NCBI GenBank assembly: GCA_963422595.1
Contig: OY730298.1
Span: 90,512 to 154,511, forward strand
From: Gammaproteobacteria bacterium
GTDB taxonomy: Bacteria > Pseudomonadota > Gammaproteobacteria > UBA4575
Length of the DNA stretch: 64,000 bases
Direction: 5' to 3'
In this document: positions 50,498 through 62,536 of the stretch, piece after piece
Position numbering within the stretch: the first letter of the stretch is position 1
How the letters are laid out: each line of letters begins with the position of its first letter
Notes under the pieces: model-generated
The model's database searches: none
What the model was told of the DNA's origin: nothing
What the model saw: only the letters and a program-made list of their open reading frames with translations
Program-made: the position numbers and the translations under genes

Positions 50498-51703
50498 ATG
50501 CCGCACGTGGCTTTTCATTTAGCAGAGGAGTTTATTCCCGAAGATTTGGATTATTATTTTTCTACGCGGCGCGATAAGAACAATCAAATCCGCCCGGATG
50601 ACAATATTCATAGTATGACACCCACGTCGCCGCACTTGAGTGTAAGGCCGAACAGCCGGCAAGTGACAAATTTTTTCTACCCTTGCCCGCCGAATTTTGC
50701 GGACCGAATTTATATCGGCATCAGCGTGCCATTGTTCGCAAATAACTGGGGTGCTGCTTTTCTGTTACAGCTGTTAAAAACGCTAACACCGGGCGGCGCA
50801 ATAATTTTACCAGTGTACCCGGAGGGACAGGCGCAGGAAAAAGGTTATTGGTCACGAAGTTTTTTAGAGAACGTCTTTTTAAGCCGACAGCGTTGGACCG
50901 GCTTTAGCAATGTAACCGCTGAAAACGATGGTGTGATGTCTTTACGAGTCGGTCGCAAATGGCCAGGCCCGATGCCGAGCACCATCGAATGGTTTTACCA
51001 ACAACGTGCTAACCTTGTGTTGGCAAGATTGCTGGAGTCGGATAACGATGATGACGTGCGTTATATCTACACGCATGCGGTGGCAAAGGTCTGGAGAAAT
51101 TACCATCACAGTGCCGTTGTTGAAAGCATAATTTCAGACAATTTTGGCACTAAGACGCCGGTTACGGTGCAGAGCGTAAGTGACGATTACGGTTTGCTGG
51201 TTACTGATCTGTTGTTAAGTCCATACGTTAACGTCAGCAACGCGATAACCCATGATATTGCCAGTGATGCGGAAATTATCGCGCGAAATTTCAAAGCTTA
51301 CTTTGCACCACACGTCAAGGGTCGTCACCAAATCATAGCTGGTGACGTGGCAAACATAGTCTTGCAGAAAAAATCACGGGTAATCTGTCTGATAAACGCG
51401 CTAACCGGGCTATCTAAATCGGCTCAGGAAGCTCTGCTCAGGCAGGCATGGGGGCAGGTGGAGTCTATGGGTTTGTTGATTATCTATGAAGACCTGCAAG
51501 CAGATCAAAGGGGTTGCAACGTGGCTGATTTGAGAAGCACGCTGGAGAAATTTGGTGATGTGCAAATATATTCATCTATCGTGGCCACAAAAATTCATGC
51601 ACATATTGACATAAGCCACTATTCTTCTATTCAGGAATCCAGACTGATCGAGGAAAAGCGTGAGCAGACTAAAGCATTCAGAGTCGTACAAAAAACAACC
51701 TGA
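50498..51703 (+). CDS. Hypothetical protein (about 360-400 aa)
   Basis: Long ORF with no motif I could recognise. The start is uncertain. Confidence 0.3.
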   Translation: MPHVAFHLAEEFIPEDLDYYFSTRRDKNNQIRPDDNIHSMTPTSPHLSVRPNSRQVTNFFYPCPPNFADRIYIGISVPLFANNWGAAFLLQLLKTLTPGGAIILPVYPEGQAQEKGYWSRSFLENVFLSRQRWTGFSNVTAENDGVMSLRVGRKWPGPMPSTIEWFYQQRANLVLARLLESDNDDDVRYIYTHAVAKVWRNYHHSAVVESIISDNFGTKTPVTVQSVSDDYGLLVTDLLLSPYVNVSNAITHDIASDAEIIARNFKAYFAPHVKGRHQIIAGDVANIVLQKKSRVICLINALTGLSKSAQEALLRQAWGQVESMGLLIIYEDLQADQRGCNVADLRSTLEKFGDVQIYSSIVATKIHAHIDISHYSSIQESRLIEEKREQTKAFRVVQKTT

Positions 51704-51833
51704 TGATTTTAATTAAATTTCGCATGATACGTTGTCGTAACCAGTCAGCGTCAGCACACATGATAACTTGTTTGCCACCGGATTGCTTCACCACCGTCAT
51801 GGTGAGAGATATGATGACAATTGTGCCCTTTGG

Positions 51834-52790
51834 TCATTGAGCGTTCGGTTGCCGCATGTTTTTCAACTGCTCGCTGTACTGTACACACGCATCCTGATTC
51901 GTATGGCTGGGGGTAAAATATAAAATATCAAATACTGCGGGTGTTTCATGCAGGTAGTCTTCAGGGTTGAGCAATTCCGGAAGCACCGAAATAAACGCTA
52001 TAGAGAGATGTGAAAGACGCGGATACCGGCGCGATAGCTGCATCGGGATTGCGTAATTGTTGCGCACGTGCCCACTCCCGGCAATCAGTACCACAGGTAA
52101 TTTGCTGTTAACCAGGGCAGATGTCATGGCGTGATCCCGCTGTAATTGCGCGTTTGCCATAAACTCAATAAACGTATCATCTGCATAACCACAATGCGAT
52201 GTGGCAATATCACGTTTCAACTGTTGGAATTCCTTAGCTGAAATCTGATACCTGGCAAGAGCTTCCTCTGACGTATAATGATCAGTTTTATGCGTCCATT
52301 CGCGCAACGCTTCACTATCAACGTTACCAGCCAGTAACTCAAGATTATGTTGCACCACAGATTGTAAGACAGGCGTGTATAACTGCCACGGCCAGCCGCC
52401 GTTACGTGCTCTCGCCTGCGTTTGCAAAACCTCCAGATGGTCCCAGGTGCGTGGCTGATCCTGCCAGAATTTTGCTACCAGCATTTCCATTACTACGGCT
52501 GGCTTGGCCCCAGCGGTTACGAGATAATCCAGGAAACGAGCCTGGAGTATATGATGGTCCAGATTATCGTGTGTTTCACCCAACAAAATGTAGTCGTATG
52601 TCAACAGCTCTAAACTTAGCTGCCTTTCGGTGATCCAGGTATTCCTGTTAGTATCCCAGATTTTCCCAACCAGCGAATGGTCACGAAAAAACGGTGACTC
52701 CCAGTTTTGCGCAAATACGTTGTTACTGATTAACAACAACAGAACCGGTAACAATGATAATTTATAGTGTCTCAACAAACGAATAATCAT
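51834..52790 (-). CDS. ChaN-like (haem-binding-uptake/Tiki superfamily) periplasmic protein
   Basis: Signal peptide 'MIIRLLRHYKLSLLPVLLLLISNNVFAQ'. 'YILLGETHDNLDHH' matches the ChaN/Tiki GETH motif. Confidence 0.5.
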   Translation of the reverse strand: MIIRLLRHYKLSLLPVLLLLISNNVFAQNWESPFFRDHSLVGKIWDTNRNTWITERQLSLELLTYDYILLGETHDNLDHHILQARFLDYLVTAGAKPAVVMEMLVAKFWQDQPRTWDHLEVLQTQARARNGGWPWQLYTPVLQSVVQHNLELLAGNVDSEALREWTHKTDHYTSEEALARYQISAKEFQQLKRDIATSHCGYADDTFIEFMANAQLQRDHAMTSALVNSKLPVVLIAGSGHVRNNYAIPMQLSRRYPRLSHLSIAFISVLPELLNPEDYLHETPAVFDILYFTPSHTNQDACVQYSEQLKNMRQPNAQ

Positions 52791-52803
52791 TACAATATTA
52801 AAA

Positions 52804-53916
52804 ATGCAAATTGAGGTAATTAACAGTAGCGACAGATTGCAGGCATTCTGCACGCACGTGGCCAAACAGGAGTGGCTGGCGCTTGATACTGAGTTTATGC
52901 GTGAAACCACATATTATCCAAATTTATGTTTAATTCAAATCGCCACCGATGAACGCATAGCTTGTATTGACACTATCGCGATTGATGATCTGTCTGCCTT
53001 TAAGAGGCTTGTGTATTCAAGTGCCATAACCAAGGTATTTCACGCCGCCAGTCAGGATCTGGAAATATTTTTCAATCTCTATGCAGACCTGCCCACCCCA
53101 ATTTTTGATACGCAAATTGCCGCCAGCGCACTTGGCTATGGCGAACAGATAAGTTACGCACGCCTGGTAAAAGCAATATGTGGCGTTACTTTAGATAAAT
53201 CTTTATCCCGCACCTCGTGGAACAGGAGACCACTGTCTAATAAAGAAATTCAATACGCGGTTAATGATGTGAAATATCTTGCGGAAATGTATCATTATCT
53301 TAAAAATGAGCTTGAGCAGCATGGACGCAGCCATTGGGTGGCAGATGAATACCAGCGCATTAGTAATATAAAAAAATATAAAATCAGTTCGGATGAGCTT
53401 TGGAAATCAGTTAAGGGCACCAGCAAGCTGGCACCACACCAGCTTATTGTGCTTAAAGAGTTAGCGGCCTGGCGGGATCAACAAGCGATCCGGGAAAATA
53501 AGCCGCGACAATGGATCTTGCGTGATAAGTCTTTACGCGCGCTCTGCGTTGAGCAGCCGACATGCGCCCTGGCATTACCGGAAATAGCAGGACTCACCGC
53601 CTCAAAGCTCACCCGCTACGCGGATGCCATTATCAAGCATATTCGTAAAGCCCGAAAAATACCTGATCGGCAATGGCCCAAGGCACAACGACCTACGCCG
53701 TTAAATCGTGAACAACGTAAAGCATTAAAATATGCACTACAGTTAATTCGTAAGCGGGCAACAGAGCTAAACGTGTCCCCGAATCTTCTGGCAACGCGAA
53801 ATATGCTGGGAAAATTAATCCGCGGCCAACGAAGACCCGATGTTTTATCAGGCTGGAGAGAGGAACTTATCGGCACCGAGCTGGCTACGCTCCTGGAAAA
53901 AAGCAGCGCCCCCTAA
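52804..53916 (+). CDS. rnd: Ribonuclease D
   Basis: 'LALDTEFMRETTYYPNLCLIQIATDERIACIDTIAI...HAASQDLEIF' is the DEDDy 3'-5' exonuclease domain, collinear with E. coli Rnd including the HRDC region. Confidence 0.85.
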   Translation: MQIEVINSSDRLQAFCTHVAKQEWLALDTEFMRETTYYPNLCLIQIATDERIACIDTIAIDDLSAFKRLVYSSAITKVFHAASQDLEIFFNLYADLPTPIFDTQIAASALGYGEQISYARLVKAICGVTLDKSLSRTSWNRRPLSNKEIQYAVNDVKYLAEMYHYLKNELEQHGRSHWVADEYQRISNIKKYKISSDELWKSVKGTSKLAPHQLIVLKELAAWRDQQAIRENKPRQWILRDKSLRALCVEQPTCALALPEIAGLTASKLTRYADAIIKHIRKARKIPDRQWPKAQRPTPLNREQRKALKYALQLIRKRATELNVSPNLLATRNMLGKLIRGQRRPDVLSGWREELIGTELATLLEKSSAP

Positions 53917-54038
53917 ACCAGAACCATGCAACAGGATATACATCAGCAGCACCTGATACTGCCACCAATAGTAAAGTCCGGTAAAATAGTACTCTCCTGC
54001 AAAGGAATAATTAACCTCTTTAACCCTGAATATATAGT

Positions 54039-54284
54039 ATGACTACAGATGAAATAAAAAATTTAATCGAAATGGGGGTGCCAGATTCTAAGGCTATCGT
54101 TACAGGTGGTGATAGTAAATATGAAGCGACTGTAATCAGTGATAGTTTTACCGGCATGAGCCTGGTTAAAGAACACCAGCTGGTTTACTCGACCGTCAAA
54201 GCACAAATTGCAAGCGGTGAATTACATGCCTTAAGTATTAAGGCCTTCACTCGTACGGAATGGAGCGAGCGAAACTCCAGGTAA
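54039..54284 (+). CDS. BolA-family protein (IbaG/YrbA-like)
   Basis: 81 aa with 'VISDSFTGMSLVKEHQLVYSTV', typical of BolA. Confidence 0.65.
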   Translation: MTTDEIKNLIEMGVPDSKAIVTGGDSKYEATVISDSFTGMSLVKEHQLVYSTVKAQIASGELHALSIKAFTRTEWSERNSR

Positions 54285-54345
54285 GCTGCCATCCAGGTTA
54301 CACATCGGGTGTGAGAACGACGCGCCGAAGGGCGGCGGGAGTCCC

Positions 54346-54660
54346 GTGCCCCTTCCCGCTTCCGGCCCGACGCTGACGAAGTTCGCAGCCGAATACGTCG
54401 AGCGGCGCTCGCCTTCGTGGAAGCCGTCCACAGTGAAGGCGACCCTGAGCTACCTCAACAGCGCCCCCTGCCCGCTCTCGGCCATCTCCGCGTCGCGGCT
54501 CGGTCGTGCGTGCCGACATTGCCCGCTTCTTCCACGAATACGGATGCAGAAAGCCGGGCGGCGCGAACCGAAGTCATGAGATACTGCGCAACATGTTCGA
54601 CTGCGCCATCGCCTGGAGCCATCGGCCCGAAGCCGCCGGGAACCTCCCCAGTTAGGATAT
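54346..54660 (+). pseudogene. Remnant of a tyrosine-recombinase (phage integrase) gene, N-terminal portion, broken across frames
   Basis: GC-rich segment encoding 'TLTKFAAEYVERRSPSWKPSTVKATLSYLN' (an integrase N-terminal SAM-like domain) and, in another frame, 'ILRNMFDCAIAWSHRPEAAGNLP'. There is no intact catalytic domain. Confidence 0.5.
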
Positions 54661-54749
54661 TTGACGATTTCCAATGCTCTCCAGTGGCGGCTTCAGTACC
54701 AGCGAGTTATTGATCGGGCGGGAACCGTGGACGGCTTATTGCGAGTGAG

Positions 54750-56261
54750 TTGAAGATGTCCGCTAAGAACAACACGAAGGTGGAGTACGGGGACTTTCAG
54801 ACCCCGGATATTCTTTGTGACAAGATATGCAGTCTTCTTTCTGATTTGAACGTCGCACCGAATTCTGTGGTCGAGCCTACCTGTGGGACAGGTTCCTTTC
54901 TTCGAGCATCCGCAAAAGCCTTCCCTGACTGTAGGCAGATTCTGGGATTTGACATTAACCCGAACTACGTATTGGCGTCGCGGACTGTCGAGCGTGCACT
55001 AGTACAATGCGACGATTTTTTTGAGAAGGACTGGCCTTCGACACTCGATAGCCTGAAGGCACCAATCCTTGTCTTGGGTAATCCGCCTTGGGTGACAAAT
55101 GCAGCGGTGGGTATGATAAGTGGCAAGAACTTGCCCAAGAAGTCAAATTTTCATCACCTCAATGGTTTCGACGCGATTACTGGGAAGAGCAATTTTGATA
55201 TTTCGGAATGGATGCTTCTTCATCTTCTTGAGTGGCTTTCAGGAAATTCCGCTGTGCTTGCAATGCTGTGTAAGACGGTGGTTGCACGCAAGGTGCTGCA
55301 ATATGCATGGAGCAAGCGGTTGCAGGTCAAGTCATCCGTGACATACTCGGTGAATGCACTAGAGCATTTCGGGGCGTCTGTGGAGGCGTGCTTGTTGGTT
55401 TGCATCCTTGAACCAGGAGCTGGTTCCCAAGAATGTGAAGTTTATCGGGATCTTGACGAGAGTACCGCGTATTCCAGATTCGCTTTTCGCAATGGTCGAT
55501 TGGTTGCAAATTTGAATGCGTTTGAAAGATATGGGTACTTGTATGGACGCTCTCCTCTAAAATGGCGTTCTGGAATCAAACATGACTGTTCTCGGATTAT
55601 GGAGCTGCATGTTTGTGGTGCACAGTCTTTCAAGAACGGATTCGGCGACGTTGTAAAATTGGAACCAACATATCTATATCCTATGTTTAAGAGTTCTGAG
55701 TTGGCAAAGGAAGCTTCGGAACCATTGCGTTGCATGCTTGTAACTCAACGGAATGTCGGGGAAGATACATCTTCAATACAGCACAAGGCACCTCGTACAT
55801 GGAAGTATTTGGAAAAATATGCATCGCGTCTTGACAGTAGGGCTAGTTCTGTTTATCGCAATCGTCCCCGATTTTCGATGTTTGGAGTGGGACCATATGC
55901 TTTTTCACCTTGGAAGGTGGCCATATCAGGATTCTACAAGAATCTCCGATTTCGAGCTGTCGGGCCAGCGGACAGTAGACCTGTTGTGTTCGATGACACG
56001 TGCTACTTCTTGCCTTGTCAGTCAGAGGACGAGGCGCGGGAGCTACTGAAGTTGTTGAGCTCTCAAGCGGCCAGGGGGTTCTTCGACTCCGTTGTTTTCC
56101 GGGATGCAAAGCGACCAATTACTGCGGACGTGCTCGGGATTCTCAATCTTGGTGCTTTGGCGATGGAGTTGGGGGTGTCGCTACCCGGCCAAGTGGGAAA
56201 GACGATGGAACTAACACTTTGGCAGAGTCATGGGCCTCCGATGACGGGAGAGGGTCTGTGA
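54750..56261 (+). CDS. N6-adenine DNA methyltransferase (gamma-class-like), apparently solitary
   Basis: 'VVEPTCGTGSFL' is SAM-binding motif I, followed by 'LVLGNPPWV' (motif IV, NPPW). 503 aa. No adjacent endonuclease was recognised. Confidence 0.65.
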   Translation: MKMSAKNNTKVEYGDFQTPDILCDKICSLLSDLNVAPNSVVEPTCGTGSFLRASAKAFPDCRQILGFDINPNYVLASRTVERALVQCDDFFEKDWPSTLDSLKAPILVLGNPPWVTNAAVGMISGKNLPKKSNFHHLNGFDAITGKSNFDISEWMLLHLLEWLSGNSAVLAMLCKTVVARKVLQYAWSKRLQVKSSVTYSVNALEHFGASVEACLLVCILEPGAGSQECEVYRDLDESTAYSRFAFRNGRLVANLNAFERYGYLYGRSPLKWRSGIKHDCSRIMELHVCGAQSFKNGFGDVVKLEPTYLYPMFKSSELAKEASEPLRCMLVTQRNVGEDTSSIQHKAPRTWKYLEKYASRLDSRASSVYRNRPRFSMFGVGPYAFSPWKVAISGFYKNLRFRAVGPADSRPVVFDDTCYFLPCQSEDEARELLKLLSSQAARGFFDSVVFRDAKRPITADVLGILNLGALAMELGVSLPGQVGKTMELTLWQSHGPPMTGEGL

Positions 56262-56743
56262 GAGAGGGAGTGCTACGAATTATCGTTTTCGGCATTCAGT
56301 AAGCTTGACTGTCTGGTCGGGCTTTGATGGGGTTGTCGGGACTGACGCGCACAAAGTGGATCGGTGGCGGTCACGGGCAGAAGATGCCATTATCGTGTCC
56401 TGAGAGTTGAGCGGGCACCGGGTAAGGGGAAGGCGGTACAAGCAGCCGTTATCTCGTAAGGCGCTGAAAAAGCACTATTGATTTTCTTTCGGATATGGTG
56501 CTTGTGCTGGGAATGGGTCTGCATCAACGATGTGTCGGGTGTGAACCCCGGTGTTCGCCATTGTCGGGAACAATGATTGTGATTCCTTAAGGCTTTTCCA
56601 GCGCAATCAAGTTAAATACTGCCCTGCATAGTAATTATTGCGTATTATCCTGTGTATCCATGTTTATATCTTTACTACACCTTTGGCGTGGCAATGGCTA
56701 AATCTGTATCTGAATAATTGCTGTAATCTGCGTTCGAGCACAA

Positions 56744-57313
56744 TCAGTTTTCGAATAAGTGTACTTTACTTTTACTTCTGATGACGACGGTGCCGGCCAA
56801 CTTGTCATGCCAACCTTGCTTCCTGGGATCGAGCGCTATCCACATGATGCCGATTCCCAGGCATAGGATTGCGGGAATATAGGCAAGATATCGGCCCACA
56901 CATTGCCAATTTGAAGGCTTCCTTCCGCTGTATTCATCCACAATCTTTGCCTGTATGGCCATTTTCCCCGGCGTGGCTTGCCAATACATCCAGAAAAGTA
57001 TTACGGCAACGAATAGCAATACCACGGTGAAAATAAAATCTATAGGCCCTGCAAAGATGTTATCGCTACACAAGACGATGTCAAAGTAGCCCCAGCCGTA
57101 AATTATCAGCAGTATAGGCGTGGTGACAATAACAAATAAAAAATGGTCAGCAGCGAATGCCGCCACTCTAACCAGGAAGCCGGCATATTCAAACTCACTT
57201 ACATGTGTCATGGGGTGGTTTTTTCTACCGATAAATTTGACCTGGGCGGGAGGTTGAGTAATCATGGAGCAGTTTTCTCTACTGGTAAATTTGACTGCAT
57301 TACTGTAACCCAA
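56744..57313 (-). CDS. RDD-family membrane protein
   Basis: Small polytopic protein with an N-terminal region conserving R and D/E positions ('EYAGFLVRVAAFAADHFLF'). Confidence 0.4.
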   Translation of the reverse strand: MGYSNAVKFTSRENCSMITQPPAQVKFIGRKNHPMTHVSEFEYAGFLVRVAAFAADHFLFVIVTTPILLIIYGWGYFDIVLCSDNIFAGPIDFIFTVVLLFVAVILFWMYWQATPGKMAIQAKIVDEYSGRKPSNWQCVGRYLAYIPAILCLGIGIMWIALDPRKQGWHDKLAGTVVIRSKSKVHLFEN

Positions 57314-57494
57314 ATGCTATTGGCACTTCAACAGATGGCATCCTGTCTCGCTTTACCGCATTTAATTCAGGCAACAAACCAATAAACCCGCCACGATCTG
57401 TGACCAGCACAAGACACGTCAGACGCATACACGGACCGGGTAAAACAAGTATTAAGGAAGTTTACCCAACAGCGAATAACAGGATAACCAATTT

Positions 57495-58769
57495 ATGAAG
57501 ATGGAAACACTTGCCATACACAGTGGTTACACGCCAGATCCCACGACTAAAGCCGTTGCGGTGCCGATTTATCAAACTACTTCTTACGCGTTTGATAATA
57601 CTCAGCATGGAGCAGATTTGTTTGACTTAAAAGTTGAAGGTAACATCTATACGCGCATCATGAATCCAACCACCGCGGTGTTGGAACAGCGCGTCGCCGC
57701 AATGGAAGGAGGCGTAGGGGCATTAGGATTGTCCTCGGGGATGGCCGCCATTTCGTATGCGATTTTCGCAATTGCAGAACAAGGAGATAACATCGTTTCG
57801 GTTGCCACTTTATATGGCGGCACTTATAACTTTTTTGCGCATACCCTGCCAAAACTGGGGATTGAAGCGCGCTTTGTGGATTACCGGGATATGGATGCCA
57901 TGGCCGCAGCAATCGATGATAAAACCAAAACCGTATTCTGCGAGTCATTAGGCAACCCAGCCGGGAATGTGATTGATTTAGAGAAAACTGTTGACGTGGC
58001 ACACAGTAAAGGCGTACCCGTCATGGTAGATAATACCGTACCTACCCCTTATTTATGCCAACCCTTTACGTACGGTGCTGATATTTCGATTCATTCATTA
58101 ACCAAGTATATGGGAGGACACGGGACTTCAATTGGGGGCATTATCGTAGATTCCGGAAATTTCCCGTGGCAGGAACATAAGCAACGCTTTCCCATGCTCA
58201 ATGAACCTGACCCTTCTTATCATGGAGTGGTGTATACCGAAGCGTTGGGGAAGGCTGCCTATATCGGGCGCGTGCGCGTAGTGCCGTTACGTAATATGGG
58301 TTCGGCAATCTCTCCCTTCAACAGTTTTTTAAGTTTGCAGGGTATTGAAAGCCTGGCGGTGCGCATGGATCGACATTGTGAAAATGCACTTTCGGTCGCC
58401 CAGTATCTGGAAAGGCATGCCGGTGTTGCGTGGGTGAATTACGCGGGACTTCCCACCCATGAAGATCATGCCCTGGTTAAAAAGTATTTTAACGGCAAGG
58501 CTTCGGGCATACTAAGTTTTGGCATTAAAGGCGGACTGAAGGCTGGCATAAGGTTTATTGACGCGCTTAATTTAGTCGTCAGGCTGGTAAATATCGGCGA
58601 TGCTAAATCTCTGGCCTGTCATCCCGCCACCACCACGCATCGGCAATTATCGCCAGAGGAACAGGCAGCAGCCGGCGTTAGCGAAGATCTGATACGGCTG
58701 TCAATAGGCATAGAACACATAGACGATATTCTGCAAGACCTGGAGCAGGCACTTGATAAAGCCAGGTAA
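57495..58769 (+). CDS. metY: O-acetylhomoserine sulfhydrylase (PLP-dependent)
   Basis: 'METLAIHSGYTPDPTTKAVAVPIYQTTSYAF' and 'SLTKYMGGHGTSIGG' (the PLP-lysine region) fit the Cys/Met-metabolism PLP family. 424 aa. Confidence 0.85.
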   Translation: MKMETLAIHSGYTPDPTTKAVAVPIYQTTSYAFDNTQHGADLFDLKVEGNIYTRIMNPTTAVLEQRVAAMEGGVGALGLSSGMAAISYAIFAIAEQGDNIVSVATLYGGTYNFFAHTLPKLGIEARFVDYRDMDAMAAAIDDKTKTVFCESLGNPAGNVIDLEKTVDVAHSKGVPVMVDNTVPTPYLCQPFTYGADISIHSLTKYMGGHGTSIGGIIVDSGNFPWQEHKQRFPMLNEPDPSYHGVVYTEALGKAAYIGRVRVVPLRNMGSAISPFNSFLSLQGIESLAVRMDRHCENALSVAQYLERHAGVAWVNYAGLPTHEDHALVKKYFNGKASGILSFGIKGGLKAGIRFIDALNLVVRLVNIGDAKSLACHPATTTHRQLSPEEQAAAGVSEDLIRLSIGIEHIDDILQDLEQALDKAR

Positions 58770-58783
58770 AGTTACTTATCTGT

Positions 58784-59200
58784 ATGGTGTATCACAAACG
58801 TGTTGCGGCGGGTATGTCCGGCGCTGTCTCCCGGTGGCTTGGCTCGGTCGAAGGGCTGTCTGAGATCGCGCAGCGGCTCCAGCGTGTGCAGATCGAGAAT
58901 GCGCCGGCGGTCGAGGTCATCCAGCGCTACGACACGGCCGAGACTGTGTTCTACCTTGATCCGCCATATGTCCATTCGGCACGTGGCGATGCAGCGGCCT
59001 ACGGCTACGAGATGACCGACGACGAGCACGTTGAGTTATCCGAGGTTCTTCATACCATCCGGGGCCGCGCCGTACTGTCCGGCTATCGCACGGACCTCTA
59101 CGACCGTCTCTACAGCGGCTGGCGCCGGGTGGATGCGCCGCCGCGCAACTGCCATTCCGTCCGCCGGCCGCGTCAAGAATCAGCCTGGTTGAATTTCTGA
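58784..59200 (+). pseudogene. Truncated Dam-type (D12-class) N6-adenine methyltransferase, C-terminal half only
   Basis: 'VFYLDPPYVHSARGDAAAYGYEMTDDEHVELSEVL...AVLSGY' is the DPPY motif IV plus the C-terminal region. The N-terminal SAM-binding half is absent. GC-rich. Confidence 0.55.
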
Positions 59201-59203
59201 CCA

Positions 59204-60271
59204 ATGGACAATGAGATAGTACAGGATTCGCTGGATGCCGTGTGGCAGAAGGCCCTAGTGGTCGGATCAGACGATCCCAATCCAGAAGTTGACCGGCTTA
59301 TCAACTCCCCGGTAGTCTCAATTCGCTATGCGGTTGTGACCCAGATGCCAGGGAAGGTTCACGATCCCAACCGAAGCCTCATGTTCTTTCAGAGTGGCGA
59401 AGATGAAGACTTGGGTGCCTGGAACGCCAGAAGCTTCTGCGACGCTGTCGTGGTGCCGTGGGTTGCGAAGAATCACGATGTACTCGGTACGAGCCAAGAG
59501 CCATATGCCAGCAAGCCACTCCGGCGGGTGCGCTTGGAGAGGGATATGGACAACGTGCGCAACCGAGCGGAGTGGAATGCCCTCTACGATTACTTCGCCC
59601 CACTGGAAGAAGCGTCACCGGATGAACTGGAGCTTGAGTTTGAGCGCTGTCTGGAGAGTGTGGCACGGCGGCTGGCGAAGCAATCGTTCAAGTACCAGAT
59701 CCCGACACGCATCGCTTTGCCGGTCCTCTGCGGCATCCTTGAGGAGTATCTGAGCGAGCCTAGCGGAGGGCATCGCGCGCTCGCGATCAGCACTGCCGTG
59801 ATGCATCTTTTGGGAGATGAATTTTCCCTTTTCGCGCGCGTCGATTCTCAAGGGCTGAATGAGGCGGATGTCGCCTCGGGCGCACCTGGAGACATCATGT
59901 GTTACGACGAATCTGGCGACATGATACTTGCGGTTGAGGTCAAGGACAGAAACCTCGCGCTTATGGATGTCACATCTTCGACGCGGAAAGTGCGGGAGGC
60001 TGGCGGAACGTTGACCAGCCTCCTTTTTGCCGTTCCGGGTTTGAAGAGCGGAGACAAGACGGCAATCCATGAATCTGCGAGTGGCGCGTGGGCTACCGGT
60101 CTGAACATCTATCAGGCCAAGATCGTCAACCTCGTCTATCACTCGTTCGTTCTACTGCCCGAGGACCGTCGGCCAAAGCTCTTGCGACAGATTGGGAACG
60201 AACTCAATAAGCGAGGCGACCACACACATCGGCGTGCGTGGCACGATATCCTCTCCAAATTGGCGGAGTAG
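59204..60271 (+). CDS. Hypothetical protein (355 aa), candidate restriction endonuclease partner of the decayed Dam-type methylase
   Basis: GC-rich ORF immediately following the truncated Dam fragment. No motif recognised. Confidence 0.3.
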   Translation: MDNEIVQDSLDAVWQKALVVGSDDPNPEVDRLINSPVVSIRYAVVTQMPGKVHDPNRSLMFFQSGEDEDLGAWNARSFCDAVVVPWVAKNHDVLGTSQEPYASKPLRRVRLERDMDNVRNRAEWNALYDYFAPLEEASPDELELEFERCLESVARRLAKQSFKYQIPTRIALPVLCGILEEYLSEPSGGHRALAISTAVMHLLGDEFSLFARVDSQGLNEADVASGAPGDIMCYDESGDMILAVEVKDRNLALMDVTSSTRKVREAGGTLTSLLFAVPGLKSGDKTAIHESASGAWATGLNIYQAKIVNLVYHSFVLLPEDRRPKLLRQIGNELNKRGDHTHRRAWHDILSKLAE

Positions 60272-60499
60272 CACTGCTATGACTGACGACAACCCCACCG
60301 TGCGGGTGAAGCCGCACAGCTACCAGCCGTCGAAGGCAGAGTTAGAGGAGCCGATCATCCTCCACAAGCCCGATGGCTCAGCGCCCACGGTGGACGAAGT
60401 GGTCTCAGCTGTCCTGCGCTCCGTCAAAGTGGTCGAAGACCCGGACGCTTAGGCGCCGCCGTGGCACTCTCGTATATAATCCCTAATTAAAAGTATTAT

Positions 60500-62535
<2,036 letters not shown>

Positions 62536-62536
62536 T

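Noticed and set aside
56262-56743. tRNA gene as an integration target next to the integrase remnant and methylase
   Set aside because: I scanned for T-loop and acceptor-stem-like sequences (GGTTCGAATCC-type) and found none. The region appears non-coding, with no tRNA.
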